In this document: in pieces, positions 22,847 to 34,405 of the stretch
Position numbering within the stretch: position 1 is the first letter of the stretch
How the letters are laid out: every line of letters starts with the position of its first letter
Assembly: GCF_001194135.2 (NCBI RefSeq)
Contig: NC_068981.1
Coordinates: 156,841,986 to 156,890,776, forward strand
From: Octopus bimaculoides
Taxonomy: Eukaryota
DNA length: 48,791 nucleotides
Reading direction: 5' to 3'
The notes under the pieces: generated by a model
Seen by the model: the letters and a program-made list of their open reading frames with translations, nothing else
The model's database searches: none
What the model was told of the DNA's origin: nothing
Position numbers and translations under genes: made by a program

Positions 22847-23021
22847 ATATATATATGTAAAGGGTGTGTATATATAAGTGTGTCTATATATATAAATATT
22901 AAAATAGTCTCAGTCTGCGGTTTATCATTCTTATCTTGTTCCATCGCATCTGCCTTCATGTGCGTGTGTTTGAGTATAAAAGAAAGAAAGAAAGAAAGAT
23001 ACATACATACATACACACATA

Positions 23022-23407
23022 CAACCCCGGGGCTAAGGAGATGAAAACCCATAATGAGGTAGAGGCCATTACCACTCACAATATGAAAGAGTATTGGTGG
23101 AATATCCCAATAAAAACCTCAATAAAGTGCAGACATAATAGACCGGATATAGTAATCTGGGTCAGAGAGGAGAAACTCTGTACAGTAGTAGAAATCAGCT
23201 GTCCTGCGGATGTCAACATCCCACTAAAGATTAGAGAAAAAGAGAACAACTACGCCGAGCTACTGAGAAATTTGCAGATACTCCACCCAGACTACAAGTT
23301 CAGATTCATACCCCTGATTGTTGGGGCATTGGGATATGTAACAAACTGCCTCAACAAAAACCTGGAAAAATTAGGGTTCTCAAAACCTGAAAGAAAAAGG
23401 CTGATTA
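23022..23407 (+). mobile_element. RLE-domain fragment of an R2-superfamily non-LTR element (R4/Dong or NeSL-like), runs into gap 23408-23926
   Basis: Open frame YWWNIPIKTSIKCRHNRPDIVIW..VVEISCPADVNI..KIREKENNY..FIPLIVGALG contains RPD..E..K motifs. Confidence 0.85.
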
Positions 23408-23926
23408 NNNNNNNNNNNNNNNNNNNNNNNNNNNNNNNNNNNNNNNNNNNNNNNNNNNNNNNNNNNNNNNNNNNNNNNNNNNNNNNNNNNNNNNNNNNNN
23501 NNNNNNNNNNNNNNNNNNNNNNNNNNNNNNNNNNNNNNNNNNNNNNNNNNNNNNNNNNNNNNNNNNNNNNNNNNNNNNNNNNNNNNNNNNNNNNNNNNNN
23601 NNNNNNNNNNNNNNNNNNNNNNNNNNNNNNNNNNNNNNNNNNNNNNNNNNNNNNNNNNNNNNNNNNNNNNNNNNNNNNNNNNNNNNNNNNNNNNNNNNNN
23701 NNNNNNNNNNNNNNNNNNNNNNNNNNNNNNNNNNNNNNNNNNNNNNNNNNNNNNNNNNNNNNNNNNNNNNNNNNNNNNNNNNNNNNNNNNNNNNNNNNNN
23801 NNNNNNNNNNNNNNNNNNNNNNNNNNNNNNNNNNNNNNNNNNNNNNNNNNNNNNNNNNNNNNNNNNNNNNNNNNNNNNNNNNNNNNNNNNNNNNNNNNNN
23901 NNNNNNNNNNNNNNNNNNNNNNNNNN

Positions 23927-24035
23927 ATACATACATACATACATATATATACATACATACATACATACATGAATACATACATACATGCATACATGCATAC
24001 ATACATACATATGTTCGCACATACATACATACAAG

Positions 24036-24095
<60 letters not shown>
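23927..24095. repeat. (TACA)n(AGAT)n microsatellite
   Basis: Direct reading. Confidence 0.95.
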
Positions 24096-24096
<1 letters not shown>

Positions 24097-24527
24097 GTGG
24101 AGAGGTGTTTATTAACTGCAGACAAGTTGTCTCGTGTCATTGTTGCTCGCAGCTCATTTTTACATCTGTTTAGCTGCGATAATGATCTTCCACTTGAGCA
24201 GTTTTTGTTATTGTTTTGTTTTATTTATTTATTTATTTTTTTAGCTACTATTAAACTTTAAAATAGCAATAATATTTAACAGTTGGAAATTTTAATTGAA
24301 TCATGTCTTGAAGGTGACCTACTACTGACCTTCATGGCATAAATAGATGCTATTTTATTATGTTTTAGAGATATAAATCACACACACTACATTATACTCT
24401 ACACTCGCAAACACACATATTATTATTATTATTATTATTATTACTATTGTTATTGTTATTATTATCATTATCATTATTATTATTATTACTATTATTATTA
24501 TTATTATTATTATTATCATTATTTTTT

Positions 24528-24970
24528 AAGGTGGCATGTTGGCAAAATCTTTGGCACGCTGGACACAATGCTTAACAGTATTTTGCCTGTCGCTGCGTTC
24601 TGAGATCAAATTCCTCCGAGGTCGACTTTGCCATTCATCATTTCGTGATCGATGAAATAAGTACCAGTTATATGCTAGAGTCGATGTAATCGACTTATTC
24701 CCTTCCTCAAAATCTCAGGCCTTGTGCCTATAGTAGAAAGGATTATTATTATTATTATTATTATCATCATTATTATTGTTAAGGTGGCGAGCTGAGAGAA
24801 TCGTTAACGCGCCGGACGAAATGCTTAGCGGTACGTTCCGCCGAGATCGACTTTACTTTTTATCCTTTCGGTGTCGATAAAATAAGTACGAGTAGAACAC
24901 TAGGATCTATGTAACCGACTCATCCCCTCCCCCAAAAATTGTTGCCCTAGTAGCAGAATTTGAAACCATT
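24528..24970 (+). mobile_element. Two SINE family A copies embedded in (ATT)n tracts (24528-24745, 24781-24970)
   Basis: AAGGTGGC.. heads, GAGGTCGACTTT, GTCGATAAAATAAGTAC motifs. Confidence 0.85.
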
Positions 24971-24994
24971 ATCATTATTGTTGTTGTTGTTGTT

Positions 24995-27900
24995 ACTGTT
25001 TTGGCTGTTCGTCTATCGACACGTGTTGCTCATCACTCCCAAGGCGAATAAGAATTGTTCGTCCGCTGAAAAGAACAGCCAAGTCATAAAAGACAATGAC
25101 AGTTTTAGCAACAGCAGCAGCAATAACCACAACAACAACAACAACAACAACAACAGCAGCAGCAGCAGCAGCAGCAGCGTATGTGAAATTTATGAAAGTA
25201 ACTTTCCGATGCTTTCAGCACCACCTTCACCATCATAGAAACAACGAAAGAAATCAATGTCAACAAAAAGCGACAACACCAGCGAGAACCCTACCACCTC
25301 CACCACCACCACTGTCAGTGGCAGAAGCAAACTCACCACCACCACCGCTTCCACCAACATCATTAGCGAAAAAGACAACAAAGAAAACGAACCACGCAAA
25401 TCCACACTAAACGATTTCGCGCAAGCGAGGAGACGAGTAAGCGAAGACATTTTTATAAGCGAAAATGAATTCAAAAGTGTTAAGCGTATGCTGGAGAAAT
25501 ATGGGAGAAATGTAGCACTAAATGTTCCAAGATCTGTCCAGTGAGAAACCAATTTGCGGGCAGTTCTATGTAAAAGACAAATGGAGCAAAAAGTAGAAGA
25601 GGAGAGCAGGCAACACATAAGCGAATTGAAAAAATGTTTACGACCAATTTGGTAGAGCAAGACATGTAGCCAAGAGGAAAAAGTGTGGAACTGTTGAAGT
25701 GAGGTTCGTCTCAGAGGAGGACGCCAAAAATCACTCAACAGCCACCCTAACGAGTGACGAACTCATCCTCATCTACATTTACCTTGGTCGAGGGGTAATC
25801 AAAATAAGGATACTAAATATACCACCAGAAATTGACATCTGCTGGTCGGTGACTGCAGTTCTCATCGACATAGAAAATAAAACCACATTTCTGCAGGTAC
25901 TGAGAATACAGAAGCAGAACTAGTTAGGACAGGGTATGCAGTTATTAATACAGACAGATCAGTCAAGGGTCGAGGCCATCCATGAATGTTGAGTGCAGAA
26001 GGCCGAGATGTCACTTGTACGGAGACACAGATCATTTCAAAGCTTTCTGCACACAACGAAAGAGAGAAAGGATCCCCCGCCCCATTTTTGTCGACACCAC
26101 CGCCACCAATAACAACAACACCAGCAGAAGCAGGTGATAACTATAGCTGCAGAAATAATAGTAACAGTAGCAGCAACAGCAATCACAGCAGCACCGACAG
26201 CAGTAGCAGCAACAACGACAAGAACAACATTGTAAGCAACATCAGCAAACAGAACAGGGAACTTACCAACATCTATGGCTTCCACGTGCCAGACAGCAGT
26301 TAAAAGAACAGCATCATAATGCCCCAAAATAACAAAAACTTTATCAACAGAACAACATCAAAAATCTCCGCAAGGTATATCGGTTCCCTGTTCAGAGCAG
26401 TCAAGCATGTTATATAGTGAGGGGGACGACGAAGAGCCTAAATAGCAAAACGTTAGCAGGTCAAACAAAAGAAAAAGAAATAAAAACACACCGACGTCAA
26501 CACAAAAATATGACAGGTATGATCAGAGGGGTGAGATATCTTCGAGAAGAAATACACAAATACCACCCCCAACAGCAACCACACTAGTACCGTCAACAAC
26601 AGCATCCCCATCACGACCATCAGTACTACCATTATTACAGACACCACCATCACGAGCACAACCCAATTCACACACACAACTCTCAGATCGCATCTCCCAA
26701 TACCAGCAAAATTCAAACGTTATTAACTACAGAGTAATAAACACGAACGATAAAGAACTGGTGGAACACATGCACAGCCATACAGACATCACACACCGAT
26801 TTTATCACCCCAACAAACAACACACCAACACAAATAAAAGTCATCCTAACAGCACAAAACGTGTACAACACCATAAAAACTAGATACCCTGAAGGAGTAG
26901 GGGCTTTCAGGACAAATATCACTAAAAGACTGTGAAAAGAACTGTTCGTAGAAATATCCACCTATAGCCATGGGAACCGAACATCCATCCCCGCGTCGTC
27001 AAAAAACTGAAGTAAATAACCTTTCCTGCATCTATTTTTTATCCTGACATAGCCTTGCTTAGGATAGGTAGCATAAATGCAGGACAGCCGGATTTCTCCA
27101 GACGTCTGGAGGTTTTCCCAGGAACGTCCCGAACTTTAGTGTTAGTGAGCGATTGGAACGCCGTCTTAGAGTCACGTTTGGACTGTGTTGGGCTAGCGGA
27201 AGAGGGAGTGGTAAAATCCATGCAAACCTCCTCAGACATTTCCAACTGACTGACAAGTACCGACTTGATTTCCCAGAGGTGCCAATGTGGGTGTGGACAA
27301 ATCGAATCCGGTCGTCCGATCGTATCTAGATAGAGTATTCTGTAGGCTAGTTGATAAAAATAGGATATGTTACCCACTTTCACAATCGTCGGCTACACAG
27401 ACCACAAATATGTGATGCGTATGTTCGACTTAGATAGAATTAGAAGGCAGGAACTCGGTTACTGGAAGCTGAACGCATCACTCCCGGCGTGCCAAGTTTA
27501 CAGAGTCTTTTAGAGAATTAAAGAATTAGTTTAGTGGGCGTTGACGGTGCCAATCGTCAACAACAAATGGTGGTTTACCCTGAGAAGGGCAATAAGAAGA
27601 TAATCAGTTAGGTTTAGTAAGACATTAATTGTTGAAAGAAATAAAATAGACGGGAACTTAATTAGAAAGTTAGAGGAGGCGCTTAGGAAAGGTTTTGCAA
27701 TCGACGTGCTGGCCGCGAGATTGGCCCTGGACCAACTCTTCAACGCTAAGTACGAAGGTTGCATTGTCAGAGCCAAGGTGCGTGCTCTAAGACAAGAGAG
27801 AAGGAAAGCCGCTCGATGGACCTGAGAGGCAGAGGCGTAGCGTGACTAAAAATCCACAATTCGGTTTTTGATGGACCAAAACGAGTGTACAGTACTCCCG

Positions 27901-28500
27901 CCTGAGCAAATGTGTGCGGCATTTCAGCAGCACTTCGCCCAACTGTTTGAGATGAATGGCATCCCAGAACGCAGGATGGATTTCAGTGCCTACCGCGACG
28001 GCATGTCACGATTCTCGGTATGTGGGGTGGAGTGTTGCGAAATGCTGATGACAACCGCGGAAATACGGGATGCGATGACGGGCCGCGCGAGGGGTAAATC
28101 GCTTGGCTTGGATGGTCTGCCCTATGAGCTTTACTTTTATATGCCAGACTTGTTTAGCGGTCTTTTAGCAGATATCTACCGCAATTGGCAGCAGAACGGG
28201 AGAATCTCCAATTCTGCGATTCGAGAAGCGATAGCACCGCTAAGAAAGGAACCAAGCAAGAGGATCAAATAGAAAACTTTAGGACTATAACGCTGCTGAA
28301 CGCAGACTTCAAAATTTAGGCGGTGTTAGCAAAGAGGGTGGCGTTTGTCGTCGAGGAACTGATTGGTGATACCCAAACCTGCGCAATCTCAAGCAGAGTC
28401 ATCCACGACAACCTCTACCTCAAGTAATATATCATAGACAGTGGGGATAAAGAAGCTGGCATGGGTGGGGCCCTGATTAATTTGGATCAGTCTAAAACCT
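24995..28500 (+). mobile_element. L1/Tx1-clade LINE relic: ORF1, APE endonuclease and N-terminal RT; 3' half missing
   Basis: APE: LRIGSINA, VLVSDWNAVLESRLD, WTNRI, LDRVF, TDHKYV. RT: GKSLGLDGLPYELY, NFRTITLLNADFKI, LIGDTQTCAI..IHDNL, GALINLDQSK. Many stops and frameshifts. Confidence 0.9.
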
Positions 28501-29706
28501 TAGTCAGTGAACATCGTCTCTTCACAATATTGAAAACATACGCCATCATCAAGCATTGACTCCCCATAAATGTTCCTTCATCAACTTGTTTAGAAATATC
28601 AGGACTCCGGGGATTGTCGATGAGTTGATGTTTGACGGCGAGAAATTGTGTTATTGCTAAGTGAATTTGTTTAGATAATTGTTTCCAGTTTTTTATGCAT
28701 TACAATTTAAGTCTAAGTAATGTGTGGGATTTACCAGCCTTTTCGGTCACTGACGCAATGTTGTACGATGCAATCATCTGTTATCTTACTGCGTAGTTGC
28801 TTTCTGAAATACCGATATCTACGTTTTCCGCTTTTCGAACGAGGTTTTAAGTTGTAAGAAATATGACAAAGGTTTTTTTGCTTTTTCTGGTCAGCCTGCT
28901 TAGAATATAAACGATACTGTAAGCATAAATGCTTCATGGTTCCGTTGCTTAAAGTTTGGTTGCACATATGACACATAGGTAATTGACTGCTCTGAGGAGA
29001 GGCGATAAAGCCCCATAAGATAAATAATCAATACTGTATTGACGACAAATTTTCTTCGATGGAGACATTGGAATGTTTAAAAATCGTACAATACACAGAG
29101 AAAATAGTAGGAACAGTAGGTAATAAATTTTTCGTTCACAAAGTTACATTGCTACAGGAAGAGCGTTGCAATCACTTGGCAGTCAATTCAATCCAACAAC
29201 TTCAAATGGCTATCTGTTTATATGAGTATGTGCATTGAGCTGTGAACAGGTCCCTTCTAGGGATTCTCATATTTTATTTGGCATTGTCATCTGCACCTTC
29301 TTGTCTACAGTCAGTCGGTTGAGTTTTTAGAGGTCACCGCCTGTGTTAGTTTTATACGTACTCTTTCGGTGCTGGCGGTGTTGAGTTTCTTCTGAGATCG
29401 CTTCTCAATTTTACTGATAAAGTTGTTCTTGATCTCTTATCTGGTTTAAATACTAAAAGGCTCTTTGTTTGCGGCTGGGTATGTTTATATCTTATCTAGG
29501 AATGTGACCCGGTTATTCTTAATTAGCTTCCTGTTTTTGTTGTTTTTCTTTGCATATCTTCTTTGAATATTTATTCGGTTAGCATATGGTGAATTAACTT
29601 CTTAATACTCAAACTCCTATATCGCCCACCAAAATTTCCAGTCGTCCATCATTTTCTGATCAGTTGCTCATCGCCCACCCAACAGTTGAAATTGCCCACC
29701 CTACTG
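28500..29706 (-). mobile_element. hAT (Buster/Charlie, ZBED5/SCAND3-like) transposon relic, 5' part
   Basis: Minus strand RQYSIDYLSYG..PMCHMCNQTLSNGTMK, SYNIASVTEKAGKSHT, LSNNTISRR, QVDEGT..LMMAYV; putative TIR CAGTAGGGTGGGCAA ending at 29706 with GGTGGGCRA repeated at 29621, 29670, 29692. Confidence 0.75.
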
Positions 29707-30149
29707 ACATAATCCAGAGACAAGCCAGAGCAAGATATCCAATACCAGTATGGTCACAGGCTCAAGAATGTGGAAGCACCATTATTTCAAACACAAACAA
29801 AAGACCTTCAAAATATTAACTGTCATTCCCTTGCATATCAGAGTGACTTTCTGTTAGAGACATGCTTTAACAAAAGCTAAAGGATGCCTCACGCCCTGTG
29901 GTCTTCCAGCATGCCAGACACCAACCCGGAATTTCTTAGGGTCCGTGCTATTGCTAGATAGTCGTTGAACCTACACTAGGTTCATCCGTTCTTTTGACAG
30001 GTCTTGTTTTTAGTCATGCTGGGTTTCTAGCAACCCTCTCCACCAGGCAAGCCTAGTGGGGTTGCCGATTTAGTCACCGACGACCTGATCATAGTACAGG
30101 TTGTATGGGATTCCATGTCACTAGTAGCACTCATAAGAAATACATATAT

Positions 30150-30310
30150 ATATACACAACAGACTTTCACAATTTCTGTCTAACAAATTCACTTACAAAA
30201 CATTGTCGGCCCGGGGCTATAGTAGACGACACTTACCGAAAGTGCCGTACAGTGAAACTAAACCCCCTGCTTGCAAAGTGGGCTTCTTAACCATACAGCT
30301 ATGCCTGCGC
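30150..30310 (-). mobile_element. SINE family B head (tRNA + CORE-like)
   Basis: Reverse complement GCATAGCTGTATGGTTAAGAAGC..GTAAGTGTCGTCTACTATAGCCCCGGGCCGAC. Confidence 0.8.
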
Positions 30311-30319
30311 TTAAAGGTG

Positions 30320-30412
30320 ATGCTCACAGCACCTTTATTTCCCATTCGATCACCTATTTCTCTACTAACTAGGGTCACCGTAGCTTAACTTCGATGATCG
30401 TCATATGGCTAA
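30320..30412 (-). pseudogene. 5S rRNA-derived relic (pseudogene or SINE3-type head)
   Basis: 30399->30326 aligns ungapped over 74 nt to the 3' part of metazoan 5S (GATCATCGAAGTTAAGC..GTTAGTA..GGTGATCG..TGGGAA..GGTGCTGT); 47/74 to remembered human 5S, about 70% to a remembered invertebrate consensus. Confidence 0.75.
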
Positions 30413-30743
30413 TCAGTAACGACACTAGTTCTCATTTATCAGATATCAGTCGAGTAAATAATATTTAAAATATTAAACTTTATCATCAATTTTTATTATT
30501 TCATCAATGTAAAAAGATATCTCCTTCGTCTCTATACTCGTCATACAAAAAATTCCAATTTTATTTCTAATGAATAATTTTTCTCTGTGACCTAAAAAAC
30601 CTTCAGATGTTTATTAGATTCTTGAACGGGGAGTAATTCAAAATATTTCGGTAAAAATCACAGCGTTTCGAAAATCTTTGCCAAAGTTAACATTCTGTTA
30701 TTATTAACATGTGCAGTAGTAGCAATAAAAATCGGTGCAACAC

Positions 30744-30757
30744 GTAGTAGTAGTAGC

Positions 30758-30824
<67 letters not shown>

Positions 30825-30861
30825 ATAGCAGCAGCAGCAGCAACAGCAGCAGTAGTAGTAA

Positions 30862-30906
<45 letters not shown>

Positions 30907-30958
30907 CAGTAGTAGTAGTAGTAACAGCAGCAGCACAGCAGTAGTAGTAGTAGTAATT
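30744..30958. repeat. (GTA)n/(GCA) compound microsatellite
   Basis: Direct reading; source of poly-V/poly-L ORFs. Confidence 0.95.
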
Positions 30959-31069
30959 GTTGTTGTTGATAGTGGTGGTCTTGCCGTTGTTGTTGCTATT
31001 GCAGTTGCTTCAAGGAAATTCGGACAAAATTGTGAAAGCTTTCTTATCAATAACTAAATGACTATTTAC

Positions 31070-31424
31070 ATAGGAGTGGCTGTGTGGTAAGAAGCTTGGT
31101 TTCCCAACCACATGGTTCCGGATTCAGTCCCGCTGCGTGACACCTTAGGCAAGTGTCTTCTACTATAGCATCGGGCCGATCAAAGCCATGTGAGTGGATT
31201 TGGTAGACGGAAACTGAAAGAAGCTCGTCGTATATATATAGATATAGTGTTTTAAGGGTGGCAGCTGATGAAGGATATGTTCTCTATGTGGTCTACTTGT
31301 TTTTTGTAACTTGTTTATCATTTTGTCCCTGTTTTTTTGTAACGTCATGTACCCAGATATGTATCTATGAAGGTATGTACATACATGTACATATATATGC
31401 ATATACTCATATATTGTTTATATA

Positions 31425-31460
<36 letters not shown>

Positions 31461-31660
31461 TTTGTTATTTGTGTCTGTCCCCCCACCCCATCGCTTGACA
31501 ACCGATGTTGGTGTGCTTACGGCCCCGTTACTTAGCGGTTCGGCAAGAAGAAACCGATAGAATAAGTACTAGGCTTACAAAGAATAAGTCTTGGGGTCGA
31601 TTTGTTCGACTAAAGGTGGTGCTCCAGCATGGCCACAGTCAAATGAGTGAAACAAGTAAA
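31070..31660 (+). mobile_element. Composite SINE family B (head, internal TA/TG microsatellite, 3' module); other pieces 32338-32495(+), 33285-33495(+), 33620-33976(+), 44940-45132(+)
   Basis: Head GGAGTGGCTGTGTGGTAAGAAGC..GGCAAGTGTCTTCTACTATAGC..GGATTTGGTAGACGGAAACTGAAAG; 3' module ATCGCTTGACAACCGAT..GATAGAATAAGTACTAGG..GGGGTCGATTTG..GCTCCAGCATGGCC. Confidence 0.9.
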
Positions 31661-31749
31661 AGAATATCAACACATATATTGACAAACATATCAACACACG
31701 CGCGTTTGTATATGTGTGTGAGTACATGCACACAAAAATATACCACACG

Positions 31750-32039
31750 CATACACAGACAGACACACACACACACATACACACATACACATATACACAC
31801 ACACATACACACACACACACATACACACATACACATATACACACACACATACACACACACACATACGCAAGCAGGCAGGCAGGCAGGCAGGCGATGTCCA
31901 TTATGTTACAGAGGCTACCTTCTTACGCCATCACAAATGCGAAGCTGTGATTGGTCAGTCATAAACCAGGAACCAATGATGATGCTAATGCTCACAAATT
32001 GCGACATGTGTGTGCGTGTGTGCGTGCGTGCGTGCATGC

Positions 32040-32097
<58 letters not shown>
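31750..32097. repeat. (CA)n...(GCAG)n...(TG)n microsatellites around a ~110 bp unique spacer
   Basis: Direct reading. Confidence 0.9.
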
Positions 32098-32100
<3 letters not shown>

Positions 32101-32495
32101 GTCATATATATATTTCGTTTTTGTATTTGGTTTGCAAGATTCTTTATGTGAATTCCTTTTTTGAAACATCTTACTATGTCCAGGGAGAGTCAGTCTCTTT
32201 TAGTGCCTTATTATTTAACATACTTACCGATTCGATTTCCACTCATTTACTTATTTATTTTTCCTAAATTTTACGAACAGTCAACGATTATTGAAAAGGT
32301 TGCAAAGCCCGCGCGCGTGTGTCTGTGTGTGCGCGCGCAGGAGTAGCTGTCTGGTAAATAGCTTGCATACCAACCATATAGTTCTGGGTTCAGTCCAAGT
32401 GTGTGACACTTTGGTCAAGTGTCTTTTACTATAGCCTCAAGCCGACCAAAGCCCTGCGAGTGGATTTGGTAGACGGAAACTGAAAGGAGCCTGTC

Positions 32496-33062
32496 GGATG
32501 TCCACTTAGTAGTACTCCCTCTTATATGTGTGTAATATAATTTTTCTGAATCTTCAGATTTTTTCAATATACTAGGCCACTAGTTCAAATTGATATTAAT
32601 CAAATTAATATTCAATCTTTTACCCTTATTATTTAAATTTAAATAACCATGTTCTCTAACCAGCAGGATTCAATGCAGAAAATTATTTTCTGCAGAGTTA
32701 TTTCCGGTTTTTGGCGCGCCAAAACGAAGGCAATTGAAATATACCCCCAAATATAATTGGCAAAACTATATGCATGTTCTATCTCGTGTGGATGTCTCGT
32801 GTATGGTTCTGCAAATTATATATTTTGCTATGACGGTCACATTGATGAATTGCAGACATTTACGTATGTAAATATGTAAATGATAACAATGAAACCTGGT
32901 ACGTGACTAATCATTATATTTTGTATCTTTTCATTTGTCTTGCTCGCTTACGTTCTGGCGGTTGCTCAATTTTCTTGAGAACAATCTTTTCTTAGTGGTC
33001 AGACCATATGGGGTCTACATCTAGCATATTGGATATCTACTTAGTGGTCATCCCTCTTGTAT
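32496..33062. repeat. Unclassified repeat unit, 535 bp period, homologous to 2705-2865
   Basis: GGAT(G/A)TC(C/T)ACTTAGT(A/G)GT..TCCCTCTT at 32496 and 33031; 32496-32640 matches 2726-2860. Confidence 0.75.
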
Positions 33063-34329
33063 GTATATANNNNNNNNNNNNNNNNNNNNNNNNNNNNNNN
33101 NNNNNNNNNNNNNNNNNNNNNNNNNNNNNNNNNNNNNNNNNNNNNNNNNNNNNNNNNNNNNNNNNNNNNNNNNNNNNNNNNNNNNNNNNNNNNNNTATAT
33201 ATATATATACATATATATATATACATATATATATATATACATATATATGCATGTATATATAGATATGTATATGTGTGTGTGTGTCTGTCTGTTGGCCCCC
33301 ACCCCCACCATCGCTTGACAACCGATGCAGGTGTGTTTACGTCCCCGTAACTTAAAGGTTCGGCAAAGGTGACCGATAGAATAAGTACTAGGCTTGCAAA
33401 GAATGAGTCCTGGGGTCGATTTGTTCAACTAAAAGCGGTGCTCCAGCATGGCCACAGTCAAATGACTGAAAAAAAAATGAAAGAATAAAAGAGTAAGTAA
33501 ATGAGTGGAAACCGGTGAGTGCGTTAAATAATAAGGCACTAAAAGAGAATGACTTTTCTTCAAGGAAATTCGGACAAGATTGTGAAAGCTTTTTTATCAA
33601 TAATTAAATGATTATTTACATAGGAGTGGCTATGTGGTAAGAAGCTTGGTTTCCCAACCACATGGTTCCGGGTTCAGTCCCGCTGCGTGATGCCTTCGCC
33701 AAGTGTCTTCTACTATAGCCTCGGGCCGACAAAGCCTTGTGAGTGAATTTGGTAGACGGAAACTGAAAGAAGCCCTTCGTATATATGTATATGTGTGTGT
33801 TTGTGTATGTGTTTGTCCCTACCTATCGCTTGACAACCGATATTGGTGTGTTTGCATCCCCGTTACTTATCAGTTCGGCAAAAGAAACGATAGAATAAGT
33901 ACCAGGCTTATAAAGAATAAAATTAGTCTTAGGATCGATTTGTTCGACTAAAGGCGGTGCTCCAGCATGGCCACAGTAATTATCTACACTTATAAAATAA
34001 AGTACCGAGTTACAGAGTAGGTATGTTCAGTTTAACATTCCTTATATTATGGTCAGATGTTTCAACTTACATCTCTTCCTAGAAACCAGAGTTGAAAGGA
34101 AATAATAAACTGATTGTCTATGTGTATGTATGTGTGTGCGTGGTTGTGTATGTGTGTGTGTGCGTGTGTGTGTGTGCGTGTGTGTAATAATTTATTTTAG
34201 TGACTCGTCAGGCTGATTTGGACAATTATCAGCAAAACTTCAAAGTCGTTATCAAAATTATTTTAAAATTTCCGATTCTGCACTAGTAATGTGTCCATCA
34301 GTTAATGTTCACGATTTTTATTGACACTC

Positions 34330-34374
34330 ACACATACATACATACATACATACATACATACATACATACATACA

Positions 34375-34405
<31 letters not shown>
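34330..34405. repeat. (TACA)n microsatellite
   Basis: Direct reading. Confidence 0.95.

Noticed and set aside
22936-24042. 368 aa ORF as an intact gene
   Set aside because: Only ~125 aa are a real RLE fragment; the rest is microsatellite and N-run.
31940-31980. CCAAT/NF-Y motifs (also CTGATTGGTC near 40678) as a promoter
   Set aside because: Short motifs expected by chance; no supporting promoter context or downstream gene.
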